The position numbers and the translations under genes are program-made. Below are positions 31,301 through 40,656 of a DNA stretch of 64,000 bases, piece after piece. How positions within the stretch are numbered: position 1 is the first letter of the stretch; every line of letters starts with the position of its first letter. Below the pieces are notes generated by a model. That model was not told the DNA's origin. It worked only from the letters and a program-made list of their open reading frames with translations, and made no database searches. The stretch is from an uncultured Methanoregulaceae archaeon. GTDB taxonomy: Archaea > Halobacteriota > Methanomicrobia > Methanomicrobiales > Methanospirillaceae. The stretch is taken from contig OY970061.1 in the NCBI GenBank assembly GCA_963705255.1, positions 2,240,001 through 2,304,000 on the forward strand, in the 5' to 3' direction.

Positions 31301-32532
31301 TCATACTGGGAGTGCAGTTCTTCTTCTGCCGCAGCAATCTGTTCATTGGCCGCCCTGAGCTCGTTTTCTGCCTGTTTCCTTTCGGTGATGTCCTGAACGA
31401 TCCCAATCACGCCGATGATCGTACCGTGGGCATCGTAGTTTGGGGAGTAAATGCTCTTTACCCACCCTTTTTTGCCCGTGGACCCGATGGTGAATTCGAA
31501 ATCGGCCGACTCCGCAGTGAGGCCTGTCAACGCCTGCTGCATCAGGAGATCGATCTCCTTATCCTTAAGGAAGGGAAATACCTCGGCAGTCTTTTTTTCC
31601 AGTACATCTGCAACCTTCATGCCGGTCATCTCTTCCATAAACCGGTTCCAGAGCGTGATCCGCAGGTCCCGGTCATACACGATGATCCCCTCTTTTGCAT
31701 CCGTGATCACCGTCCGCAGAAATTCTTCGGAACCCCGGATCTTCTCCTCACTCGCCCGCACGGCATCTTCCGCCCGTTTGCGCTCGGTGATGTCTGAAAG
31801 GAAGACAAGGTCTGCCGGTTGTCTGTTCCAGGTAATCAGGCTGGCATTGGTCTCCATCCATAGAACATTTCCTTCTTTGGAAACTATCCGGAATACATAA
31901 TTATCTTTCAGAATCTCTTCAGTAAGACGCCGTCTGTACTGTTCCCCGACAATGGTACGATCGTCAGGATGAACGAATTCCAGGAATGGTTTTTGTGCAA
32001 GTTCCTCCGGTGTATACTTGCCAATCTCCACGAGCTTCGGATTTGCATAGCCGATTCTGCCATTCTGGACTACCAGGATCGCTTCATTTGCATTTTCAAC
32101 CAGTGTCCGGTACCGGTCTTCACTATCCCGGAGTGCCTCCTCCACCCGCTGCCTGCGTAATGATACCGCGACAATGTGCGCAAGCTCGGCAAACTGTGAT
32201 TTTTGTTCACCACCTTTCTGGAGATAGAAATCGGCCCCTTCGTTTAATGCTTGGATGACAACCTCTTCACGACCTCGTCCGGTGAAAAGGATAAACGGGA
32301 TGGTATTACCCGATCTTCTTACCTGCTTTAAAAATTCGATACCATCCATCTCCGGCATCTGGTAGTCAGAGATTATAGCATCGTACATCTTGGAATTCAG
32401 CAGAGTAAGCGCGTCTGGAGCAGAGGTGGTGACGTCAACGCTGAACTGCCCGATCTCTTCAAGGAAGAGTTTGCCGACCTCAAGAAGGGCAGGTTCATCA
32501 TCGACATAGAGGACTGAATACTTGGGAGGCAT
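28366..32532 (-). CDS. Hybrid sensor kinase REC-multi-PAS/PAC (about 8)-HisKA/HATPase
   Basis: VLYVDDE/SDYQMP receiver, repeated DITERK PAS-PAC units, NRKLNLLSGITRHD H-box, DNA..YG, EDDGNGI, GLGL. Confidence 0.93.
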   Translation of the reverse strand: MPPKYSVLYVDDEPALLEVGKLFLEEIGQFSVDVTTSAPDALTLLNSKMYDAIISDYQMPEMDGIEFLKQVRRSGNTIPFILFTGRGREEVVIQALNEGADFYLQKGGEQKSQFAELAHIVAVSLRRQRVEEALRDSEDRYRTLVENANEAILVVQNGRIGYANPKLVEIGKYTPEELAQKPFLEFVHPDDRTIVGEQYRRRLTEEILKDNYVFRIVSKEGNVLWMETNASLITWNRQPADLVFLSDITERKRAEDAVRASEEKIRGSEEFLRTVITDAKEGIIVYDRDLRITLWNRFMEEMTGMKVADVLEKKTAEVFPFLKDKEIDLLMQQALTGLTAESADFEFTIGSTGKKGWVKSIYSPNYDAHGTIIGVIGIVQDITERKQAENELRAANEQIAAAEEELHSQYDELKKNQQIIKESEEFNRSLVENLPDYVIVYGPDGNILYVNPTSVAALGYTAEELIGKPVLSYVAEDYRDMVIARLASRKTDSNVPAYEIAIVRKDGLRRSMIVQGTHIQYRNTTATLLVLTDITERSRAEEALKESEGKFRALVDQSLDGIVIVDFAGTILFANNSAQQFTESTRDQMGKVNVLDIIAPEFRINALNDFARVAAGNDGYLVNYKILNRENKDMWIECIGKKISFAGSAAVILSIRDITARKLAEDALRESEDRYRTLIENADEAIFVIQDGRIRYANPKLEEIGKYTVEELAQKPFLEFVHPDDRTMIGEYHKRRLNGEPLNNRYAFRIVSKEGSVLWMEINASLITWNGRPGILVLLSDITERKRTEEELRESEEKYRTLIDITLDGILILDLTGTILFGNRAAGRIIDAEFAVEMLGTRNVMEFLAPESLPDAIRDFGHVVQGGDAYLVKYKVISTTGREVWIESMGKKITFEGLPAILLSLREVTERHRTDEALRESEEKFRTLVENSLDGILILDLTGTILFGNRAAGRIIDAEFAVEMFGTRNVMEFIAPESRSQVLHDFSEVAQGIDSYPVNYQVISSTGQQIWVEVIGRRIVFQNSPAILVSMREISSRKRMEEELRKSEKKYRDIINKMQDAIYRTDREGKLIMFSPHGVKLAGYDSEEQMIGLNVAFDTYQNPKEREQFLAILKEKGSVENYPLVLKTRYGIPLQVTASSHFYYDDEGNVLGVEGILHDITELRKKEQALHEANRKLNLLSGITRHDINNQLTVLQGYLAILEKKQPDPSLNKYFQKATTAAQRISTMIQFTGEYEKIGVNAPVWQNCRKLVDTATKQAPLGNVTMNNDLPAGAEVFADPLIVKVFYNMMDNAVRYGGKITTIRFSAQESSDNHLILCEDDGNGIPADEKERIFEHEFGKNTGLGLFLAREILNITGITIRETGTPGKGARFEMTVPKGNWRITAKEI

Positions 32533-32583
32533 GTAACAATTTCATTGTATAGATCGAAAGTGATTATATAGTCATGGTCGGTT

Positions 32584-32675
32584 GGTTCTGTTGCGTTGTC
32601 GGGACGTTTAAATAGTCAACATTGCTAGGTAACGACGATATCATTTCCGTTAAGTCCCGTTAACGCAACAGCACC
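32584..32675. repeat. 92-bp fold-back element, copy B
   Basis: GGTTCTGTTGCGTTGTCGGGAC...GTCCCGTTAACGCAACAGCACC; same orientation as copy A, 4368 bp apart. Confidence 0.95.
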
Positions 32676-32747
32676 GTGCGACCCTCTCTTTTTATCCCAA
32701 CGGAACCGATGTATAGATCACAGACGGGGAAAGACCGGCCGCATATT

Positions 32748-33648
32748 ATGAACCTTGTGAAAAAATACCAGGACTTCCGATCGACCATCAACATCAGCCT
32801 CTTCTCCCTCTATCTCGCGATCGTGCTCATCATCCCGGCGATCACGATCCTCGTCGAGTATTACGTCTCGGTATACCCGGCATTCCGCTCGGGCCTGCAG
32901 GTCGACCTGCAGGACTTCCATGTCTATCAGCTCTTCACGTCGTCGTTTGTCCACCTGGACTTCGACCATTTCCTCGGGAACGTGACCGCATACCTGCTGA
33001 TCGCCATCTACGACCTCGTGCTTGCCACCATCGTCAACCGGAAGCGGCTGTATCTCGTGCTGACCAAGGTGATCGTGGTCATCTTTCTCATCTTCGGCGC
33101 ATTCTTTGCCCTCTTCAATGCGACAACGAGCTGATTATGCAGGCCTCTCGGGGATCGATTCGGCGCTCGCGGGGTTGCTCCTCCTCTTCTGGCTGATGTA
33201 CCTGGAGCAGACATCCGGGAGGAGGATGCGCAGCTATTACGGCGTTGTACTGGCAGGTATCCTTGCCCTGTCTGCGGGGGTCATCGCCCGCTACATGCTC
33301 CTGTACCACACCGCGAGGAGCTCTCCTCTCCTGCTCAGCCTTGCCGCCGTGACCTGTATGCTGGTGCTTGCGGCCTTCGCGTACCGCCACCAGTTTAAGG
33401 ATTTATACCGCGTCCTGCAGGAGTTCCCCTGGTCTTCCCGGCTACTCACCGTCGCGATCGTCGTCATCTTCGGGTACTTCATCTGGAACCTCTTCCCGGA
33501 GCGGCTGGCCAACTCTACGCGGACCGTGAGCGTCTCCCTGCACCTGGCCGGCATTGTTATCGGCGTCCTTGCCGGGTACCTCTTCATGGTGTACCTGGAA
33601 GAGATCGCCTATTTCAAGGGGGAAAAAGAGGTTATCTCCCGGCTGTAA
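32748..33648 (+). CDS. Rhomboid-family intramembrane protease-like protein, apparent frameshift near 33132
   Basis: QLFTSSFVH...HFLGN in frame 1; GLSG and HLAG (Ser/His dyad motifs) in frame 2. Confidence 0.7.
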
Positions 33649-33885
33649 CGGGAAATTCGGGGTACCGCGGCCGCCCTCCGGGCCCCTGGGGCGGCGGACA
33701 CAAAGTTTTTCCAGGCCTGCAACATCGGTAGCAGAAGGACTCGCGTCCTCTTCCTGCTGTTGCTGGTACGGGGGCCGGTCCGGATCATCCCCCTCTCCCG
33801 GGGTATATGCACGGGCGGGTGGCCCGGAGAGGACCTCCCGGACCACGCCGTCACCCTTATCGTCCCCCGCTCCCATCACTCTCCC

Positions 33886-34371
33886 ATGCCACCAGTTACG
33901 GAGGACCCCCTCCTCACAAGGCCGGCGCCGGCGTTCTGCCTGCCGGACGCGGATAATAAGACTGTCTGTCTCGAACAGTTCCGCGGGAGATGGGTGGTGC
34001 TGTACTTCTACCCGAAGGACAACACCCCGGGCTGCACCATCGAGGCGATGCAGTTCAATGCAGCCCTCGAACAGTTCGCCGGGCTCGGCGCCCAGGTGAT
34101 CGGCGTGAGCGGGGACACGCCCGAGAGCCACCAGGACTTTGCTGCCCGCCACAGTCTCACGATCCTGCTGCTGTCGGACACGGAACACCGGGTGCTCAGG
34201 GCGTACGGTTCCTGGAAACCGAAGGCAATGTTCGGGAAGGAATTTTTTGGCACCATGCGGGACACCTTCCTGATCGACCCGGCCGGCACGGTCGTCGCGG
34301 TCTGGCGAAGGGTGAGCCCGAAGGGGCATGCGGAAGAAGTGAAGACGGTCCTGCTCGAAAAGAGAGGGTAA
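33886..34371 (+). CDS. bcp: Peroxiredoxin Bcp/PrxQ
   Basis: VVLYFYPKDNTPGCTIEA, GVS.D, R.TFLID. Confidence 0.92.
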   Translation: MPPVTEDPLLTRPAPAFCLPDADNKTVCLEQFRGRWVVLYFYPKDNTPGCTIEAMQFNAALEQFAGLGAQVIGVSGDTPESHQDFAARHSLTILLLSDTEHRVLRAYGSWKPKAMFGKEFFGTMRDTFLIDPAGTVVAVWRRVSPKGHAEEVKTVLLEKRG

Positions 34372-34419
34372 CGGCCCGGACTGCGCCCGCCCTCCGGGCC
34401 GGGAAGTCATGGCACGCAG

Positions 34420-34992
34420 TTACCCGATCGCCCTGAGTATCTCACCGGTCTTCCGCACCCTGCCCATCCTAGGGAATATGAAGGTGACCGCTGCGTTGTG
34501 CCCCTCTGCCGTCATCGAGGCCATGGCATCCTCGGCAAAGACCTGCTGGAAGCCGTACTCGTAGGCGAACCGGGCGGTGCTCTCCACGCCGAAGTCCGTG
34601 GAGATCCCGCAGAGGACGATCGTGCCCATCCCCCGCCTCCTGAGCTGGAGCTCGAGGTCGGTGCCATAGAACGCCCCCCACTGCTTCTTCCCGATCACGA
34701 CGTCCGACGGGAGCGGGGCTATCTCCGGGACAAACTCCGACCAGTCCGCGGGCAGGGGCAGAGGGCGGGAGAATGACTGGTCGCTCGTGACCTTCAGCAT
34801 CGTCTCCGGTGTCGAGACCACGTGCACGAGGAATACCGGCATCCCGTTCTTCCGGAACGCCTGTACGAGGAGGGCTGCATTCCTGACAACCTCCTGTGCG
34901 GGGTACGGCTTCGTGGGCTGTGCTGCGATCCCTTTCTGGAGGTCGATGACTACGAGGGCGGTTGTTGTTCTGTCCAGTGCTAATTCCGGCAT
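34420..34992 (-). CDS. Isochorismatase-family (cysteine hydrolase-like) protein
   Basis: ALVVIDLQ, K.QWGAFYGT.L, GISTDFGVESTAR. Confidence 0.9.
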   Translation of the reverse strand: MPELALDRTTTALVVIDLQKGIAAQPTKPYPAQEVVRNAALLVQAFRKNGMPVFLVHVVSTPETMLKVTSDQSFSRPLPLPADWSEFVPEIAPLPSDVVIGKKQWGAFYGTDLELQLRRRGMGTIVLCGISTDFGVESTARFAYEYGFQQVFAEDAMASMTAEGHNAAVTFIFPRMGRVRKTGEILRAIG

Positions 34993-35229
34993 AGTGCCAC
35001 CATGGGAACATAGGGTGCCGGGCCCTATTTATTTCCTGTGGTAAAGGAAGTGCAGCAGGCGCCCGGGCGGCCTGGCAGGGCCGGGGGGAGGTCAATCGAA
35101 GACGACGGCTCGCGGTTCCCTCTCTCCATCGCGCCGGAGATGGATCATGGCCCGTGCCCGTGCGGCACCGGAACTGCCGGAGCTCACCGCGGAAGCCGGT
35201 CCGCTTGTACAGGATAAAGGAGAAAGGGG

Positions 35230-35400
35230 TTATTTTTTGATGACTTTTTTGATCTTGGCCATCATGTCGGCAGGAATCGTCTCGATCTTGTGGGCAGTCT
35301 TTGCGTGTTCTGCAATCTTTTTCATCAGCTCCGCTTCAGTTGGGGCGCTCGTCTGGAATTTACAGTCCATACCCAGATCCTTGCATGCAAACGTTGGCAT
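35230..35400 (-). CDS. DUF1059-family small metal-binding protein, 56 aa (not in ORF track)
   Basis: MPTFACKDLGMDCKFQTSAPTEAELMKKIAEHAKTAHK...IKK*; GGTGA SD. Confidence 0.85.
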   Translation of the reverse strand: MPTFACKDLGMDCKFQTSAPTEAELMKKIAEHAKTAHKIETIPADMMAKIKKVIKK

Positions 35401-35614
35401 CGTCTTTCACCGGTCGCACCATCTTTCTTTCAGGTATTTATGGTTTTTCCCAAAAAACAGAATCTGTAAAAACCCGCGATAACCCGTACCTGAAAAAAGA
35501 GAGAGGGATGGTCAGGTCGTGAAGTTCATGCTGGAAGTTGGTTCGCACCGGTACGAGCCGGATGAGATAAAGGTGTGGATACAAAACCACGCAGAAAAAA
35601 TGGAATAACAGGTA

Positions 35615-35749
35615 TCAGAGTTTACTCAGGATTTTGAGGGCTTTGTCATGGCGGGTCATGGATTTTTCCAGGATCACCCGCTCCGATGGCGCGAGTCCCC
35701 CGCCTTTCTCCTTACCTGTTTTTATATTGGATTTTTTTTCATCTGCCAT
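35615..35749 (-). CDS. 44-aa hypothetical small protein (not in ORF track)
   Basis: MADEKKSNIKTGKEKGGGLAPSERVILEKSMTRHDKALKILSKL* with GGGGTGA SD just upstream. Confidence 0.55.
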   Translation of the reverse strand: MADEKKSNIKTGKEKGGGLAPSERVILEKSMTRHDKALKILSKL

Positions 35750-35943
35750 GATCTCACCCCGTATTCTTTTTATCAGTCATGGGACGCATAAGGGTAATTA
35801 TTTTTCCATTCCGGCAGGTATTCCATCAGCTGGTGGCGTTCCGGCCCGTCCATCGCCGGGCGTGAAGGGCCCTGCTCCGTGAGAAACCTCTGCGCGGAAT
35901 TTTCGCTTACTAAAAAAAGAGAAATGATAAACCGTCAAACACT

Positions 35944-36123
35944 TCAGAAGCGGGGCTTCCGGTGTTTCGGGAGGCAGTCCCTGCAATAGACGGGCCTTCC
36001 CTCAGTTGGCTTGAACGGTACTTCGCACTCTTTGCCGCAGTCTGAACAGACTACTTTTGTCATTTCGCGGGGGCCGAAGTCACGGGGACCGCGGTTTCCG
36101 CCAAAATTCGATGAACCAAACAT
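35944..36123 (-). CDS. CxxC-x17-CxxC domain small protein
   Basis: REMTKVVCSDCGKECEVPFKPTEGRPVYCRDC. Confidence 0.9.
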   Translation of the reverse strand: MFGSSNFGGNRGPRDFGPREMTKVVCSDCGKECEVPFKPTEGRPVYCRDCLPKHRKPRF

Positions 36124-36486
36124 AATGATTTCTCGTACAGTCCTTGATGGGAAACTGTGTGCCATTCTATTGGTCTCCAAAGTATAAGAGGTGCTGTATT
36201 GATACACCCGGTTACATGCGTACGACCGGGGCGATCGGCCGGGGGTGGCCGATAAAGTCAGTACGGGAATGGTGGGGCGGGCTATCGGGACATCGGTGAG
36301 CGTATCCGGATTGGACAACCCGCATGTCCATGGTACCGGATTCTGCACCGGCGGTCGTGCCGGTTGTCGAGAGTCTGCTAGGAGTATACCCCGTGGGAAC
36401 TCCCCCTCTTTCCGAGGAGGGAGGATAATCTCCCATTTTTCGACTATCAGTACCTCTCATATACCCGGATCGGCAAAAATGACCGT

Positions 36487-36994
36487 TCCGGGCTCATTTT
36501 GAACCCGGTTTCACTCTTTCCGGATGTTCACGACCGGCCGGTTTCGGGCATTTTTGACGGGAGTGTCACGGGAAATCCTGCTATTGGCCCCGTTCGTGTT
36601 TTCGGGGGTTTTGCAGGGGGAAAAACCGGCCTGTTTAGAGCTTGTTTCTTTCGCAGAAAGTGGGCTGGGATGAGGTTTGGGTTGTGGCGGGGTGAGGGCA
36701 CAGAAATGCGACAGGGCTTTTCTAAGAGAGATCGACCTTAGTTTGCTGGATGAGAGTCTCTGGAGGTTGATTGTGTAACCTGCCTGATGGGTATGAAAGA
36801 CCTCATCTTCCTGAATCAGGTAAAAGTGGCCATCCGGGCTCATTTTTGGCTCCGTCTCCCTTTTTCCGGATATCAGCGACCGGCCTGTTTTGGGCATTTT
36901 AAAAGGAAGTGTCACGGGTGATCCTTTTGAGGGCCCGGTTTGCCGATTAGGAGATTTTGCGAAGAGAAAAACCGGCCAGGTACAGAACTTGTTT
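36487..36994. repeat. Diverged ~160-bp non-coding direct repeat pair (36487-~36647 and 36833-~36994)
   Basis: Colinear shared blocks TCCGGGCTCATTTT, TTTCCGGAT, CGACCGGCC, GGGCATTTT, AGTGTCACGGG, AAAACCGGCC at a 346-bp offset. Confidence 0.8.
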
Positions 36995-37208
36995 TGAGGA
37001 AGAATGGGTCGGGGCTATAAGGTGATACTGTTTTTATGACGGGTAGTATAGTAAAGGGAAGAAGAGTCACAACTGCTAAATCCATTAAAATCTGTTTTTA
37101 ATAAGAGACAGTTCTGACTCTATTGCTTAATCGGTTTTTTAAGTGAATTATTAGATCCAGCCTTCAACCCCCCACCGCTCCTGCACCCGTAGCGACTTCC
37201 GGTTCCCC

Positions 37209-38054
37209 TCACTCAACCGATCGTATGACCAGCACCGGCCGTTTCCCGGTTCTCACCACGTCCTGCACGATACTGCCGGCAAGGAACTCGTGCAGGCAGC
37301 CCCTGCCCTCCACGCTCAGCCAGATCAGCGAGACATCCTCTTCGCCTGCGACCCGTGCGATCCCGGGGGCGGGGTCACCGCCTGTCACGATCGTCCTGAC
37401 CTTCACCTTCCGGTGGGGGAGCGTCTCCCGGATCCTGTGGAGCCGGGCTTTTGGGTCCGGTGCCGGGCCCTTTGCGGTATCCTCCGGCACCACGTGGAGG
37501 AGGAGGATCTCCCGCACGCTTCCTGCGGTTCCGGCGCACGCGATCGCTTTTTCTGAAAACTCCGAGAAGTCCGTGGGACAGAGGACTTTTGCAAAGATGT
37601 TCCGGCAGAACCTGGTGTAGGTCTTCCCCTGCAGGCTGTCGATCAGCCGGTTGGGCATCACCAGCACGTTGGTCCTGCTGATCCGGCAGAGGACCGTTGC
37701 AGGGACCCGCCCGAGGAGGATGCCGGCCCTGAAGCTCGTGGCATAGCTGCTGATCACGATGAGGTCAGCCCCTGCCGCTCCTGCGGCATCGAGGATCGCA
37801 CCGGCAATATCCCTTGCAGCGGTCACGTCAAGGGTAACGGTGACCGCGGGGTTCAGGGACTCCAGGTACCGCTTCGCCTCCTCAAGATATTCCCTTGTCA
37901 CCTCCGCTGCCAGCCTCTCGATCACCGGGATCGGGAACGCTTTCACGACATGGAGGAGGTGGATCTCGCGGACATGGGGAAAACCCGAGAGGCAGTCGAG
38001 CTCCGCCTGTGCATGCCCTGAAAAATCCGTCGGGAACAGTATCTTTTCAAACAT
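37209..38054 (-). CDS. Universal stress protein (tandem USP domains)
   Basis: KILFPTDFS and KVLCPTDFS repeats; GS..Q.VVR....PVLV. Confidence 0.92.
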   Translation of the reverse strand: MFEKILFPTDFSGHAQAELDCLSGFPHVREIHLLHVVKAFPIPVIERLAAEVTREYLEEAKRYLESLNPAVTVTLDVTAARDIAGAILDAAGAAGADLIVISSYATSFRAGILLGRVPATVLCRISRTNVLVMPNRLIDSLQGKTYTRFCRNIFAKVLCPTDFSEFSEKAIACAGTAGSVREILLLHVVPEDTAKGPAPDPKARLHRIRETLPHRKVKVRTIVTGGDPAPGIARVAGEEDVSLIWLSVEGRGCLHEFLAGSIVQDVVRTGKRPVLVIRSVE

Positions 38055-38374
38055 AGGTACCCCCATTGCCCCCACAGGTTACGGCACCAGCTCCCCCGCA
38101 TGAGCCCTGCCGTTAGTAAATCAATAGATCCTGCTCGCAATATTTAAGGATATCCCGGGCAGGGATTGCCTGCATCTCCCGGCCCGGCAGGGGCTGCCGC
38201 TGTCACATCCCTGTCGGATGGATCGCCGGGCTGGTGTTGCGAGGCGGGCAGAACGCCAGGCACTCAGGACAGAGGCGCTCCTGCAGACTATCTGAAATTA
38301 AGAGGCGGGCTGATCGGAACACATGCCAGGTTTTTTTAACAAACCATTTATTTCCGTACTTTCAACCGGGTGTC

Positions 38375-38563
38375 ATGAACCCGCCATGCCGGAACCCGGT
38401 ACTCGTCATCGTCGTCCTCTGGGCCATCGCGATCGCCACGACGGCCTTCCTCTTCATGGGGAGCCCGGACATCCTGTACGGCATCCTTATCCAGGTGATC
38501 TGCATGATCGGGTCGGCCACGTACCTGAAGCAACGGGAAACGGCGGATTGCAGGGCCGTCTGA
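38375..38563 (+). CDS. Small 2-TM membrane protein
   Basis: 62-aa ORF with two hydrophobic helices. Confidence 0.55.
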   Translation: MNPPCRNPVLVIVVLWAIAIATTAFLFMGSPDILYGILIQVICMIGSATYLKQRETADCRAV

Positions 38564-38672
38564 TTCTGCAGGAACAGCAGCACCAGCTCACACCGCGGCG
38601 GGGAGCCCGCTCCGGCCCCGCTCCCGGCAAAACTTTTTCCCCCGCGCCACCCAACAACCCGATAGAGTACGT

Positions 38673-38984
38673 ATGGACATCCCGCAACTCTACGCCACCT
38701 TCACCAACCCGAAAGTCGTCACGAGCATGCTCCTCCTCGGCATCGGCTTCGGGATCCTCCTCTCGCTCCTCCTGCGTTACCTCGCGGGGCAGTGGTACAT
38801 GCCGGCGGCTTTCGTCGCCATCTGTGCCGTCACGGCCATCGTGTACATGTACCTGGCTCGACCGGCAGGACTGGCGGGAAGATTGACACGGGCGACCGGA
38901 GTACCCGGCAGATCCCCCTCCCCCAATCCAAACGTTAATCCCCTGCGCACGAGCTCATTCGAGCTGAACGAGGCACCCGCATGA
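38673..38984 (+). CDS. Small 2-TM membrane protein (3' end uncertain)
   Basis: Two hydrophobic helices, then a low-complexity tail. Confidence 0.5.
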   Translation: MDIPQLYATFTNPKVVTSMLLLGIGFGILLSLLLRYLAGQWYMPAAFVAICAVTAIVYMYLARPAGLAGRLTRATGVPGRSPSPNPNVNPLRTSSFELNEAPA

Positions 38985-39379
38985 AGACCAGGACCATCCA
39001 CCAGACCCTCACGCTTCCGGCATCTCCCCACGCGGTCTATGAAATGCTCATGGACGAGAAGAAACACGCCCTCTTCACCGGGGGAGCCGCAGAGATCAGC
39101 CGGAGCGCCGGGGGAACGTTCTCCACCAACGACGGCTATTCGAGCGGCAGGAACCTCGAGCTCGTGCAGGACCGGAAGATCGTCCAGAGCTGGCGGGCAT
39201 TCGACTGGCCGGAAGGGCATCTCTCCACGATCACCATCACGCTTGCACCGGCCCGGGAAGGAACGAAACTCACCTTCGGCCAGGCCGGTGTCCCGGAGGA
39301 GCAGTACCAGGAGATACGGCAGGGCTGGTACACCTGGTACTGGGAGCCGCTGAAAGCGGTGCTGGAGAAGGTGACGTAA
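38981..39379 (+). CDS. SRPBCC/AHSA1-family protein
   Basis: GGTFS..DG..SG..LELV..RKIVQSWR..DWP...GW..WYW. Confidence 0.88.
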   Translation: MKTRTIHQTLTLPASPHAVYEMLMDEKKHALFTGGAAEISRSAGGTFSTNDGYSSGRNLELVQDRKIVQSWRAFDWPEGHLSTITITLAPAREGTKLTFGQAGVPEEQYQEIRQGWYTWYWEPLKAVLEKVT

Positions 39380-39439
39380 AGCGGGAGCGGGAAAGGACGC
39401 GCCGGGCTGGCCCCGGTTGTAACCAGAAAAAACCCTGCA

Positions 39440-40327
39440 TCACCGCAGGCAGCTGCGCACCTTCTCTTTCACGCCCTGCTCCATACCCCCGAGCGTCCTG
39501 ATGTCCCTGACCGTATCGGCACGGTCGACCAGGACCTGCCCGGCCGGCCCGATGCCGAGATTGCGGAAAAATGCCGTCACGACCCGGGTGATGCAGGTGA
39601 AATTTTCCTCCCCCTTGCGCCCGGCCACCGAGAAGACCAGCCCTTTCTGTCCTGCCCTTCCGCCGCATAGCGCCCGCTCGGCATGGTAGGCCTGCATGCG
39701 GTCGATGACCAGCTTGAGCCCGCCGGTCACGGTATTGGTATACACCGGCGAACAGACGATGAGGAGCGATGCCCCCCGGACTGCATCGATAATTGCCGTC
39801 ATGTCGTCGTCAAAGACGCACGAGCCGGTGTTGTAGCACTGGTAGCAGCCGATGCAGCAGTGGATGTCCAGGTCATGGGGATAGATGACCTGAGCGGTCC
39901 TTCCGGCCCCGTGCGCAGCTTCAACCGCCCAGGAGGCCAGGATGCTGCAGTTCCCGTCCGCCCGGGGGCTTCCCTGGAGGACTATGAGATCGGCTGCCGG
40001 GGCAGCATGCCGGACCGCCCGGTCCGGCGGGTACTTCCGGAACAACGCCGAAGGGTCGTTGCGGATCTCCCTCTCCCAGGAAGCGGCGACCTCCCGTGCA
40101 GCAGTCTCCGCGGTGAGGGGGACGAGCGGGGAATACTCGTACGTGTTCGTGCGGAAGACCGCGAGCGTCTCGCCGCCGGACGTAACAGCAAGGACATACC
40201 TTGCCATGCCGGGATAGAGCGCAGAAAAATCCTCGCGGTGAAGGGTGAGCTGGTACGGTTCTTTCCCGGTACCGGCCGTCACGCTGTGGATCAGTTCCCG
40301 TGCAGGTTCCATCACGGTATTGTCCAT
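39440..40327 (-). CDS. Flavodoxin-family iron-sulfur flavoprotein with N-terminal extension
   Basis: GSPR.DGN, CIGCYQC...C, SPVY, LK..IDR motifs. Confidence 0.82.
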   Translation of the reverse strand: MDNTVMEPARELIHSVTAGTGKEPYQLTLHREDFSALYPGMARYVLAVTSGGETLAVFRTNTYEYSPLVPLTAETAAREVAASWEREIRNDPSALFRKYPPDRAVRHAAPAADLIVLQGSPRADGNCSILASWAVEAAHGAGRTAQVIYPHDLDIHCCIGCYQCYNTGSCVFDDDMTAIIDAVRGASLLIVCSPVYTNTVTGGLKLVIDRMQAYHAERALCGGRAGQKGLVFSVAGRKGEENFTCITRVVTAFFRNLGIGPAGQVLVDRADTVRDIRTLGGMEQGVKEKVRSCLR

Positions 40328-40656
40328 CCCGGAAGGATAAGAGCCTGTGGGATCCGGCTCCCCCTTCCCGGCCCCGGGCCGGGCGGGACGGTCCAATCAC
40401 CCGGACGGGGAAATGGTCTCACCGGAAAATCGGGAGAACGCTCATCGGACCTTCCGGTGGACCGGCGTGAAATCCCGGGAGGAGGAGAGAGAAAACGTGA
40501 AGTGCATCCCGGGGCCTTCTTCAGGGCGGCGGAACGCGGTAAATGCCTGGAATCTGCCCTATGAGATAAGTATATCAGGAAATTAACATGGATGAATATT
40601 TGTGCAGGAAAAATAACGTGCAGATAAAATCCGATCCAAAATCCGGCAAAAACAAG

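Noticed and set aside
36487-37160. Replication origin call
   Set aside because: There are no ORB boxes or neighbouring cdc6/orc1, so it is reported only as an unexplained repeat.
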